Origin: an uncultured Nitrospiraceae bacterium
GTDB taxonomy: Bacteria > Nitrospirota > Nitrospiria > Nitrospirales > Nitrospiraceae
NCBI GenBank assembly: GCA_963846575.1
Contig: CAWJWJ010000001.1
Location: 1,120,001-1,184,000, forward strand
Reading direction: 5' to 3'
DNA: 64,000 nt
Position numbers and translations under genes: made by a program. Positions 40,811-49,268 of the stretch are shown here, piece by piece (within the stretch, counting starts at the first letter, position 1; each line of letters starts with the position of its first letter). Under the pieces are notes generated by a model that was given only the letters and a program-made list of their open reading frames with translations, ran no database searches and had not been told where the DNA came from.

Positions 40811-41632
40811 TCAGGACAAATGGGTCAGATAGAACGCGGCAGCCTGTGATCTCCTGGTGAGGTGCAGTTTCGTATACACATTGGCCAAATAGTTTTTTAC
40901 GGTTTTGTCGCTGAGGCCGAGTTCCGCGGCGATCTCCTTATTGGTTTTTCCCTGCGCAATAAGCGGGAGCAGGCGTTGCTCCTGAGGGGAGAGCAGATTC
41001 CGGCCACGCTCCGGTTCGCGATCTGCCAGCTTGCGAAGATAGGCGAACGTGTGCCGGGTCATCCCCGGGTCGAGATACGATTGCCCCTTGGTCACCGTTC
41101 TCAACGCATGCAGGAGGGTGTCGGTACCGGCATCCTGCAGAACATACCCGTGCGCTCCGGTGGCCACGGCCGACAGGAGGATGGTGTCGTCCAGCGTATC
41201 GGCCAGGAAGAGGATGCGCGTCGACGGGAGTCGTGAGAGCAGGTCCTTGGCCGTGTCGATCCCTTTCCCGTCCTGCACCCGCAAGTCGAGCATCACGATA
41301 TCAGGTTTCAACTGGAGAATGAGCGGCAGCGCATCCTGGCGCGACCCGGCCTCCCCGACCACGGTAAAGTCAGTGACGGATTCGAGGAGGGTCCGGATCC
41401 CCACTCGGACGAGCTCTTGCGGATTGACGATGAACACGTGGGCTGCTTTACCCTGTAGCTGATTCATAGATGTATTCCAAGTTGATGTAGGCGGTGTCTT
41501 GTGAGTACTCACTAGCCGGAGAAGTGATTCAGATTCCTTTTCCAACGCCGCCTGGGGATCGTTGGGCAGCATGGGACCGGCCGGCATGGAACCGATCGAT
41601 CGAGCGGGCTTTTGGTCGCGATGTGTTTCCAT
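40811..41632 (-). CDS. NarL/FixJ-family response regulator (REC plus LuxR HTH)
   Basis: PDIVMLD, LSPQEQRLL..GKTNKEIA..TVKNY; start 41632 has GGAGGGG RBS (alternative 41467). Confidence 0.9.
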   Translation of the reverse strand: METHRDQKPARSIGSMPAGPMLPNDPQAALEKESESLLRLVSTHKTPPTSTWNTSMNQLQGKAAHVFIVNPQELVRVGIRTLLESVTDFTVVGEAGSRQDALPLILQLKPDIVMLDLRVQDGKGIDTAKDLLSRLPSTRILFLADTLDDTILLSAVATGAHGYVLQDAGTDTLLHALRTVTKGQSYLDPGMTRHTFAYLRKLADREPERGRNLLSPQEQRLLPLIAQGKTNKEIAAELGLSDKTVKNYLANVYTKLHLTRRSQAAAFYLTHLS

Positions 41633-41738
41633 GACTCCCCTCCGTGTTTGCAGCCGATGAAGTTCTCTCTTGTGGTCATGCGGCCCCGTCAGGACGAGGC
41701 CGCGCCATTCTGTGGCCTTCGTGAAAAGGGCGCTTCCG

Positions 41739-43052
41739 TCAAGAAACCTCCGCCAGATGATTGAACTTGAGCTGTTCCATGACCGGGAGCGGACCGTGGG
41801 CTCGCACACCGACATCCACCCGTGAGAGGGCCAGCACCACATTCTTACCGCCGAACCCGAAGCTGTTGATCAGGGCCTTGCCGATCCGGGAGGGGCGTCC
41901 TTGCAGCGCGACATAATCCAGATCGCACGAAGGATCCGGGTTGGTCAGATGCAACGTAGGCGGAATAAACTGGTGCTCCATGGCCAGCGCCGTGCCGATG
42001 ACCTGGAACGCGCCGCTGGCGGCGAAGGCGTGTCCCAGGGCGGACTTAAAGGAGCTGACAGGCACGCGGTAGGCGTGGGATCCCAGCGATTCTTTGATGG
42101 CCGTCGTCTCGATACTGTCGAGCTCCATGGTCCCCAAACCGCAGGCGTTCACATACTCGACTTCCTCCGGGAACCAACTGGCAGTGACCAGGGCCCGGTC
42201 GATGGCGCGTTTTTGTTCCTTGCCCGATGCCAGGGGGCGCGCCATGGAATAGGCGTCACAGGTGAAGCCCCATCCTTCCAGCTCCGCATACATCGGCGCT
42301 CCGCGCAAACGCGCGTGATCGTAATCTTCAAGAATGAGACAGCCGGCGCCTTCTCCGAGCACCATGCCGCACCGCGTGCGATCGAAGGGCCGTGGCAGGT
42401 TGCGAATCGTGCCGCCTTGATCCGGCGCGAGGACTCGTCCCGCCTCCATTGCCGAAAAAATCGTCGGATGCAGCGGGGCTTCGGTACCGCCCGCGAGGAT
42501 GATGTCGGAATGGCCCGCGCGAATCATTTCGAACGCGCGGCCGATGGCGTTGGCGGTGGAGGAGCATCCGATGGAGTAGGTTTCGCATTCCCCGTTGATG
42601 CCGAGTGCGATGGCGATTTCCCCCGACACGGCGTTGGGGAAGGTGGAGGCCATCGTGAAGGGGCTGAGGTGTTGATGCCGCAGCATGCTGTCATGCGCGG
42701 CAAAGGCTTCCCGGAGGCCGGCGACGGAGGTGCCGAGGCAGATGGCCATCTCCGAACGGTTTTCATGCTCAATGTCCAGCCTCGCATCCCGCACGGCCAT
42801 GAGGGCCGCTGCGACGGCGAAATGGCTGACGCGGCCCATGCGGCGAACCTGTTTGCGGGGAATAAAATCCTCGGCATCGAAGTCTTTGACTTCACCGGCC
42901 AGGCAGGAGGAAAAGGGGGTGGTGTCGAAGGATGAAAGCGGTGCAATTCCGCTCTGGCCTGTGCTGAGCAAGTGCCAAAACGTCTCGAGATTATTCCCTA
43001 GCGGGGACACGATTCCAAGCCCGGTGATGACCACTCTACGCATCTGTCTCAT
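41739..43052 (-). CDS. FabF-like ketosynthase with atypical active site
   Basis: RRVVITGLG, SIGCSST, RPFD, GEGAG, KSALGH, NSFGFGG; YVNACG in place of YINAHG; GGGAGG RBS before 43052. Confidence 0.85.
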   Translation of the reverse strand: MRQMRRVVITGLGIVSPLGNNLETFWHLLSTGQSGIAPLSSFDTTPFSSCLAGEVKDFDAEDFIPRKQVRRMGRVSHFAVAAALMAVRDARLDIEHENRSEMAICLGTSVAGLREAFAAHDSMLRHQHLSPFTMASTFPNAVSGEIAIALGINGECETYSIGCSSTANAIGRAFEMIRAGHSDIILAGGTEAPLHPTIFSAMEAGRVLAPDQGGTIRNLPRPFDRTRCGMVLGEGAGCLILEDYDHARLRGAPMYAELEGWGFTCDAYSMARPLASGKEQKRAIDRALVTASWFPEEVEYVNACGLGTMELDSIETTAIKESLGSHAYRVPVSSFKSALGHAFAASGAFQVIGTALAMEHQFIPPTLHLTNPDPSCDLDYVALQGRPSRIGKALINSFGFGGKNVVLALSRVDVGVRAHGPLPVMEQLKFNHLAEVS

Positions 43053-43068
43053 GGGTTCAACCTCCCTG

Positions 43069-44367
43069 TTACGATCGTTGACTGTCTCGACATTCTTCAC
43101 CCTCATGCCACGCCATAAGGTGTTCAAGATGGTTCTGTGATACGGCGGACCGCGGGTAGTATGTGTCGTAGAAATTCAGATCCAGATGATGCGCCTGGCA
43201 GGCCACGATGGATTTGAATGCGTCGACGTGGGCGGGAAATCGTCCATAGGTGCGAACGACGTACTCGCAGAAGGCGACGGTGGCGGCGATGCTCTGCTCC
43301 GAGTGTCGCGGGATTTGCGGTTTGATGGCGGGATTGCTCCAGGGCTGGGAGTCCGGTGTGACGTAGAGACCGGAGGCGCCGAACTTGGAATCGATCAGGC
43401 TCAGCACCGCGGCCTCCATGCTTCCGACCATGGGTGGCGTGGGCGCTTCCCAGATCCCGGGAAGTCCGATGGGATTCGGCCGGCGAGGCCCGGTCGTGGG
43501 CATGTGGAATTGAAAACCGAGTCCCGGGACGAGGTGTGGCTCGATGCCCAGAAGGTGACGTCCGCTGCCGACGCTGTGAATCCCACCTCCCAATCCAATG
43601 GCCTGTTCCATGAGAAAAATGTGTTCGGCGACGATCCCCTGCTCCTGGACGGCGGTATCGCTGATGGCGCTGTCGAGATCGCGCAACGTCATCGTGCGGC
43701 GTTTCACCGGATCGTCATGGAGGTGGCCGCCGCGGCTTTTTCTGAACCGGTCAAGTCCGCAGGCCTCGTTGGCATTGTCGGTATCCACGATGAAATAGCC
43801 GTATTCGTCGCTGAGCAGGACGAGGAGGAGGTTGAGATACACGCTCGCGATTTCAGTGACCGGAATGAAGTAGGTGCTGCCCGGCCGGTTGGCGTACCAC
43901 TGATTGAAACTGAGCATGAACGGAAGCTGCCGGGGAATGTCCAACCGCTGCGCGGAGAGTTCCCTCACCTTCGTCATAGCCGGATCTTCCGGAACGGCGG
44001 ACTCGGTGACGAAGTAGGTGCCTGTGTCGTTGGTGAAAAAGAGACGGGTCGTCTGGGCCGCACAGGCGCTGGGCACCGTACGTCCCTGAAGATTCATGAT
44101 CGCCATCCCCTGGCCGTCCTCGGCCTGAGGCCGCGCCGAAAACTGCATGTCCGCCGTGTGAGGGCCGGTCTTTCCCACTCCTGCGAAGATGAGGTGCCGC
44201 TCTTCTTCCGCGCTCAAGGGTAGGGGGGGCAAAGAACTTTTATACTGCAGCGGGCCGGCGGGCAGTTCCATCCCACGGCCGAATCGCCGGGTTTTTCGTT
44301 GCTCCAGCAAGTCAAGCAATGTTCGGACGGATGCGGATCGGGAAACGTGGCACGTTGAATTCTCCAT
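43069..44367 (-). CDS. Hypothetical protein, possible FMN-dependent nitroreductase-like fold
   Basis: Strong AGGAGGAGG RBS; RKTRRF, GRTVPSACA, LMEQAIGLGG resemble nitroreductase motifs. Confidence 0.5.
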   Translation of the reverse strand: MENSTCHVSRSASVRTLLDLLEQRKTRRFGRGMELPAGPLQYKSSLPPLPLSAEEERHLIFAGVGKTGPHTADMQFSARPQAEDGQGMAIMNLQGRTVPSACAAQTTRLFFTNDTGTYFVTESAVPEDPAMTKVRELSAQRLDIPRQLPFMLSFNQWYANRPGSTYFIPVTEIASVYLNLLLVLLSDEYGYFIVDTDNANEACGLDRFRKSRGGHLHDDPVKRRTMTLRDLDSAISDTAVQEQGIVAEHIFLMEQAIGLGGGIHSVGSGRHLLGIEPHLVPGLGFQFHMPTTGPRRPNPIGLPGIWEAPTPPMVGSMEAAVLSLIDSKFGASGLYVTPDSQPWSNPAIKPQIPRHSEQSIAATVAFCEYVVRTYGRFPAHVDAFKSIVACQAHHLDLNFYDTYYPRSAVSQNHLEHLMAWHEGEECRDSQRS

Positions 44368-44462
44368 GTCCTCCTCCTTCTATCGACCGCTGGTTCGTGG
44401 GGCCCGGAAGCCGCTCGTTCGCCGGATGATGGGCCACCCTACTGGAAACATTTGAACAAGGA

Positions 44463-44482
44463 ACCTACCCGGGCGGGTAGGT
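44463..44482. promoter_or_regulatory. lux box-like operator
   Basis: ACCTACCCG-GG-CGGGTAGGT: 20 bp, perfect 9-bp arms, ACCT-N12-AGGT; between divergent genes, 1.7 kb from a LuxR gene. Confidence 0.75.
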
Positions 44483-44619
44483 GTCAAAGATTGGCCGCAG
44501 GCCTATGGTGCGATGGCGACGAGGTGAGCTTCGAGGCGGACTACGTAAAGAGCGACAACGCGCATACTTTTTCCTGTCTCCCCGCAGTCGCAGGGAGGCG
44601 CCAACAAGGAGGCATGCAC

Positions 44620-46176
44620 ATGGCAGAGTCAACTCCTACCGGATGCCCGTACCATTCATCGGCCGGCATGAATTCGAGCGCGACGCGAGTCTCTGCACCA
44701 TCCGGACGCACCCTGGCCGACCTACCCGGCCCTAAAGGACTTCCGATCCTGGGGAATCTCCTGCAACTCGACTTGAAGCATCTGCATAGCGTGCTCGAGC
44801 AATGGGCGCAGGAATATGGCGCGATGTATCAATTCCGGATCGCTCACAAGGCCGTCGTGGCGGTGACTGACAGTGACTTGATCAACGAAGTGTTGCGCAA
44901 GCGGCCGGATGCCTATCGACGTCTCAACGCCATCGAGCCGGTGCTCAAGGAAATGGGCATCAACGGGGTGTTTTCCGCCGAGGGAGATCATTGGTACCGA
45001 CAACGACGGATTGCCATGCAGGCGCTCAACAACGCCCACCTGCGTCAGTTTTTTGAGACCCTCGTGAAAGTGACGGGACGATTAAAGTCCAGGTGGGATC
45101 GGGCCGTCGCGAAGGGCGGCCACGTGGAGGCGCAGAAGGATCTCACCCGCTACACCATCGATGTGACCGCCAATCTGGCGTTCGGGTACGACGTGAATAC
45201 GTTGGAGACGGACGGCGACGATCTCCAAGGCCATCTTGAGCGGATCTTTCCCATGGTCAACCGCCGGATCAATGCGCCGTTTCCCTATTGGCACTTTGTG
45301 AAGCTGCCGGCCGACCGCGCATTGGAAGAGTCCCTGGCCTTCGTGCATAAGGCGATTCGCGGCTACATCGCTCACAGCCGGGCGCGATTGGCGACCGATC
45401 CTGAACTGCTGGCGCATCCCACCAACTTCCTGGAGGCCATGCTGGCCACCCAAGAGGGGGAAGGTTCGGAATTCACCGACGAAGAAATTTCCGGTAACGT
45501 CCTCACGATGCTATTGGGAGGGGAAGACTCCACGGCCGCGACCATGGCCTGGATATTCCATTTCCTTATGGACCATCCCGACATTCAGGCGCGTGTCCAG
45601 ACGGAAGTCGACGAGGTCCTGGGCGGGAGCGAAATGCTCACGAACTATCGCGATCATGAGCGATTGCCCTATGTGGAAGCCGTCGCTTTCGAGACCATGC
45701 GGTTGAAGTCGGTCTTCCCCGTGCTGTTTTTAGGGACCAATCAGGATGTAGAGCTGGGTGGCGTGCGGATTCCGGCAGGCACGGCCATTTTCCTGCTGAC
45801 CCGGCAATGCGGCATGCAGGAGGAATCCTTCGCGTCGCCGCACCAGTTTTTGCCCGAACGGTGGTTGACCCCTCGCACAGGAGTTCAGGAGGGACACAAT
45901 CCGAAAGCGTTCGTGCCCTTCGGGGCCGGTCCGCGTTTTTGTCCGGGAAGAAACCTGGCGCTGCTGGAGATCAAAGCCATCTTGGCGATGCTCTGCCGGA
46001 ATTTTTCGATTTCGAAACCGGTCGATGCCCCACCGGTCGGAGAGCAGTTCGGGTTCCTGATGGCCCCCGCGAATCTGTCCGTGGACATGCACAGACGGCA
46101 CGACGCGCCTGCCTCCAACGGCGAGGAGATTCCGCATGCCGGTCTGGAGCATCCGTTTGCAACCACTGTGTCGTGA
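44620..46176 (+). CDS. Cytochrome P450
   Basis: PGP hinge, I-helix GGEDST, ETMR, PERW, FGAGPRFCPG; AGGAGG RBS (start 44614 or 44620). Confidence 0.95.
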   Translation: MAESTPTGCPYHSSAGMNSSATRVSAPSGRTLADLPGPKGLPILGNLLQLDLKHLHSVLEQWAQEYGAMYQFRIAHKAVVAVTDSDLINEVLRKRPDAYRRLNAIEPVLKEMGINGVFSAEGDHWYRQRRIAMQALNNAHLRQFFETLVKVTGRLKSRWDRAVAKGGHVEAQKDLTRYTIDVTANLAFGYDVNTLETDGDDLQGHLERIFPMVNRRINAPFPYWHFVKLPADRALEESLAFVHKAIRGYIAHSRARLATDPELLAHPTNFLEAMLATQEGEGSEFTDEEISGNVLTMLLGGEDSTAATMAWIFHFLMDHPDIQARVQTEVDEVLGGSEMLTNYRDHERLPYVEAVAFETMRLKSVFPVLFLGTNQDVELGGVRIPAGTAIFLLTRQCGMQEESFASPHQFLPERWLTPRTGVQEGHNPKAFVPFGAGPRFCPGRNLALLEIKAILAMLCRNFSISKPVDAPPVGEQFGFLMAPANLSVDMHRRHDAPASNGEEIPHAGLEHPFATTVS

Positions 46177-46216
46177 GGCCGGGCGAGGGAAATGGCCGTG
46201 CGCGGAGAGACGGACG

Positions 46217-47071
46217 TTACCGTCCGAGCGATGAGGGGCGGAGCCCGTCGCTGCCGCGCGGAGGCATGTCGATGGATGGAGACGATGCGGGTTGCTGCCG
46301 GGGGGAGGGTGGAACGATCAGGCCGGCGGTACTATTCTGCCACTGGGCGACCGCCGCCCAGCGATTCTCCACGCCGCCCAGCTTTTGATACACATTCTTG
46401 AGGTGGAACTTCACCGTGTTGAGGCTGACGTGCAGAATGATCGAGATTTCCCAGTTCGTTTTGCCTTCGGCCACCCATCGCATGATCTCTTCTTCGCGCG
46501 CCGTCAGCACCGCCTGGTGAGCCGGCTGCTGGTCCTCGCCCGGACGGCTCGTCGCGCGGAGATAGGCCAGATGAAAATGTGGCGCGAGGATCTGCATCAT
46601 GGTGCGCAACCGGAGCAAGAGTTTCTGGTCGAAGTTGCTGAAGGCATAATAGGTGCAGAATCCGAGCACCCCGCGCACCCCTACCGTGAGGCAGGTCTTG
46701 ATACCGGCGTCCAGTTTGAGGTTGATGACTTCACGGGGAATCGGCATGTCCAGACAGTCTTCGCTGGATACCGTCCCGATATGGGTTTGTTGAAGAAGCT
46801 GAATCGCGGGATCGGTGACATACCCCTGGGTGGCATACAGATGGGTATGCTCCTCCCCATAGGTCGAATGTCCGATCTGTAATTGTTTTTTCTGAAGATG
46901 GAATGAGCCATTGGCGGAGAATCGATGGGGGACGAGAGAGCCGACAGCCTCCGCGAGGTCGGGAAGCTGGTCCCGATCCTGAATTTTTCGCACCCGCTCC
47001 ATGATTTCTCCCATGTGCTGAAATTCCTTGCGGGAGAGATACTGAAGACTTTCAGGTCCGCGAAAGATCAT
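46217..47071 (-). CDS. LuxR-family regulator with autoinducer-binding-like N-terminal domain (no luxI in window)
   Basis: LYATQGYVTDPAI, LTAREEEIMRWVAEGKTNWEISIIL..TVKFHLKN. Confidence 0.85.
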   Translation of the reverse strand: MIFRGPESLQYLSRKEFQHMGEIMERVRKIQDRDQLPDLAEAVGSLVPHRFSANGSFHLQKKQLQIGHSTYGEEHTHLYATQGYVTDPAIQLLQQTHIGTVSSEDCLDMPIPREVINLKLDAGIKTCLTVGVRGVLGFCTYYAFSNFDQKLLLRLRTMMQILAPHFHLAYLRATSRPGEDQQPAHQAVLTAREEEIMRWVAEGKTNWEISIILHVSLNTVKFHLKNVYQKLGGVENRWAAVAQWQNSTAGLIVPPSPRQQPASSPSIDMPPRGSDGLRPSSLGR

Positions 47072-47467
47072 GGTACGACCTCACTCCCGTGAATCCTGGG
47101 GCCCGGACATCACGTCAAGACGCGTTGCGGATTGGCCGGCCAAATCCTGATTTGAAGACCCTGTCTCACACCACACCATTCGAGCAGGCTGAAACTTATC
47201 TACACGAACATCTGACTGAGGCATAGCGTCCTTCCAATGCGGTGAATTCGTGCACGGAAGTAGAAGCGATGGGAACACGCGGGTTGAAATTGAGAACCTG
47301 GTCCGGCCTCATGCGGTAGTACCCTGGTGGAGCATGCCGATTGTACCCCTCAGCCAGGACATAGCTAGGGTCGTTCGAACCTAGTATAGAGTGCCGGCGA
47401 GCCCAACCGCAATCCAGAAAAGCTCGCGCAGAAAGTCGTGGCTGCACGCCGGATATGCTGACCGTCG

Positions 47468-48451
47468 TCAACGCTGGACCTTCAGCGTGGGGCCGAGGGC
47501 GAGCCACTTTGTCGGGCCGATCGCGGCCATGTGAGGGAGATGGGCGACATACCAGAACACGAGGTCCTGCTCCTGCACGCCTTGATTGTCTTCATCATAG
47601 CCGAGCTGCCCGCGGGCTCCGAATACCCAGGGGATGTCTTCGTCGGGATTGGCCCGGCGGATCGCCACATCGTGGTCGGCGAAATTATCGCGTTCTCCGT
47701 CGTCCTTGAGTGGTGCGTAGCCCTCGCCCGGCAGGATCCAAATGCCATGTCCGGTCGGCTGATCACGGACGAACCAGATTCGATGGGTGCTGAGGTTTTT
47801 GACGTCGTTGCGTTCGTTCACGTATTTTTTCCAGCCCGGTCCCCAGCCCTGATCGGATCCTCCGTCATCGTGGAGGAAGACCTGGTCCATGCCGTTGCCG
47901 TTAATGTCAAAATCAAACCGCCAGTAGGGATGGTGTACGTGGTCGGTGTTACAGGAAAGGCCGCGACTGTGAACAACGGGCCGTAACTCGCCATCGTCTG
48001 AGAGGTGCCAGGATTGATAGATATGGTATTCGCCGATCCTGGCGTAGATGCCGAGTTCCAGCCACTTCACCCCCCCTACGCTGGAGCTCTCGACACAGAC
48101 CTTGTGGTTACCGCAGTTCACAATCGGGACCAGATCCTGCCAGCGCAACCGGTCTTGAAAGGGGCCGCAGCGGCCGCTGTCGGCGCGGGAACCGAACCAG
48201 GTGAAGGGATTCCACCACCGGCGTTCTTTGACGTATTTCACCCGCACGACCGGCATGCTGGCTTTGGCCAGAACCGGTTCACCGCCGTAGACAAGATGTC
48301 GAAGCGCGAGGCCGGTGCTGTCTTTGACTTCGTAGTCGAAACTCCAGCGCCCCCAATCGAGATGTTCCGACAGCTGCTCCGCCGAACCGGGCAGCGGCAG
48401 GGCCAAGGCCAGGGTCCAGAACAGCACGGCAAGCAGTGCAATGCGTGTCAT
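47468..48451 (-). CDS. Secreted copper amine oxidase catalytic-domain-like protein
   Basis: Signal peptide from ATG 48451; WGRWSF, ARIGEYHIY, HVHHPYWRFDFDING, DLVFWYVAH. Confidence 0.6.
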   Translation of the reverse strand: MTRIALLAVLFWTLALALPLPGSAEQLSEHLDWGRWSFDYEVKDSTGLALRHLVYGGEPVLAKASMPVVRVKYVKERRWWNPFTWFGSRADSGRCGPFQDRLRWQDLVPIVNCGNHKVCVESSSVGGVKWLELGIYARIGEYHIYQSWHLSDDGELRPVVHSRGLSCNTDHVHHPYWRFDFDINGNGMDQVFLHDDGGSDQGWGPGWKKYVNERNDVKNLSTHRIWFVRDQPTGHGIWILPGEGYAPLKDDGERDNFADHDVAIRRANPDEDIPWVFGARGQLGYDEDNQGVQEQDLVFWYVAHLPHMAAIGPTKWLALGPTLKVQR

Positions 48452-48470
48452 GCGGTATCCTTTCGCTTGT

Positions 48471-49268
48471 CTATCGGGGCGGTTCATCCCCAGCGTCCAG
48501 CACACGATCATCGGTCAGATCCACCTGCGCCCAATACCTGGGGTCGCCATCCTGTCCCTGGGAGAAGGTAATCCAGATGACCCGGTGTTGATAGCCGGGA
48601 TCGTGCTTGAAGAATCCGCGATCCGGCTGCATGAGGAGCCCGTGTCCCTGCAGAGACCCCACCTTTCCGGCGAGCCGTGCATCGGCGCGGGCTAACTCGA
48701 TCCCCCGCTGAACATCCTGCGGTCCTTCGGGGGGCAGATAGCCTTCCTGTCGCGAGGCCTGCAGCACGGACCGGTCCTTCATGCGCACGAAGATGGCGAC
48801 GTTGTTACTGTAGCTGAAGTAGGTCAATCTGGTGAATCGCGCCTCATTTCGGCAGCAACCGTAGGAGACTTTGCCTTCCGGCGGCAGACGATCCGCATCA
48901 ATAAACGTCCAGCGGGTACCCAGGAGGGCAGTCACCTTGGGATCGCCTTCGGCCGCTTTTCGCATCGCGGTCATCTCCGAGTCCGACAGGACGGCTGCGT
49001 CATTGGGCGACCGCATGACGGCCGCCTCGATGACCGTTCCCGCCATCTTGGGTTTGATGTGCCCGACGGATTCGTCGGCCGTAAATCCCAGGGTGTGTCT
49101 GGTTGGTATGTGAGCCGGAAGCGGCGTTTTGGGAATGGCGGTTTCTGGATCTTCCGGCCCGAACGGCCCACGAGAACCGGCATCGAGGCTGCAGCCGATC
49201 TGGATGATGCAGGGCAGCGAGACGAGGCAGAACGAGATGGCTAGTCGGCGGTTCACGCGGGGCCTCAC
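48471..49268 (-). CDS. Putative lipoprotein resembling copper amine oxidase N2/N3 domains
   Basis: Possible lipobox IQIGC; two helix plus sheet repeats (AAEGDPKV, ELARADARL), ends VDLTDDRV. Confidence 0.45.
   Translation of the reverse strand: MRPRVNRRLAISFCLVSLPCIIQIGCSLDAGSRGPFGPEDPETAIPKTPLPAHIPTRHTLGFTADESVGHIKPKMAGTVIEAAVMRSPNDAAVLSDSEMTAMRKAAEGDPKVTALLGTRWTFIDADRLPPEGKVSYGCCRNEARFTRLTYFSYSNNVAIFVRMKDRSVLQASRQEGYLPPEGPQDVQRGIELARADARLAGKVGSLQGHGLLMQPDRGFFKHDPGYQHRVIWITFSQGQDGDPRYWAQVDLTDDRVLDAGDEPPR

Noticed and set aside
41633..41842. Extended N-terminus of the 343-aa response regulator ORF
   Set aside because: Overlaps the ketosynthase 3' end; a good RBS precedes ATG 41632
44513..44527. 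Micro-ORF MATR* upstream of the P450 as a biarylitide-type precursor
   Set aside because: No aromatic residues, no SD, and it overlaps the predicted transcription start
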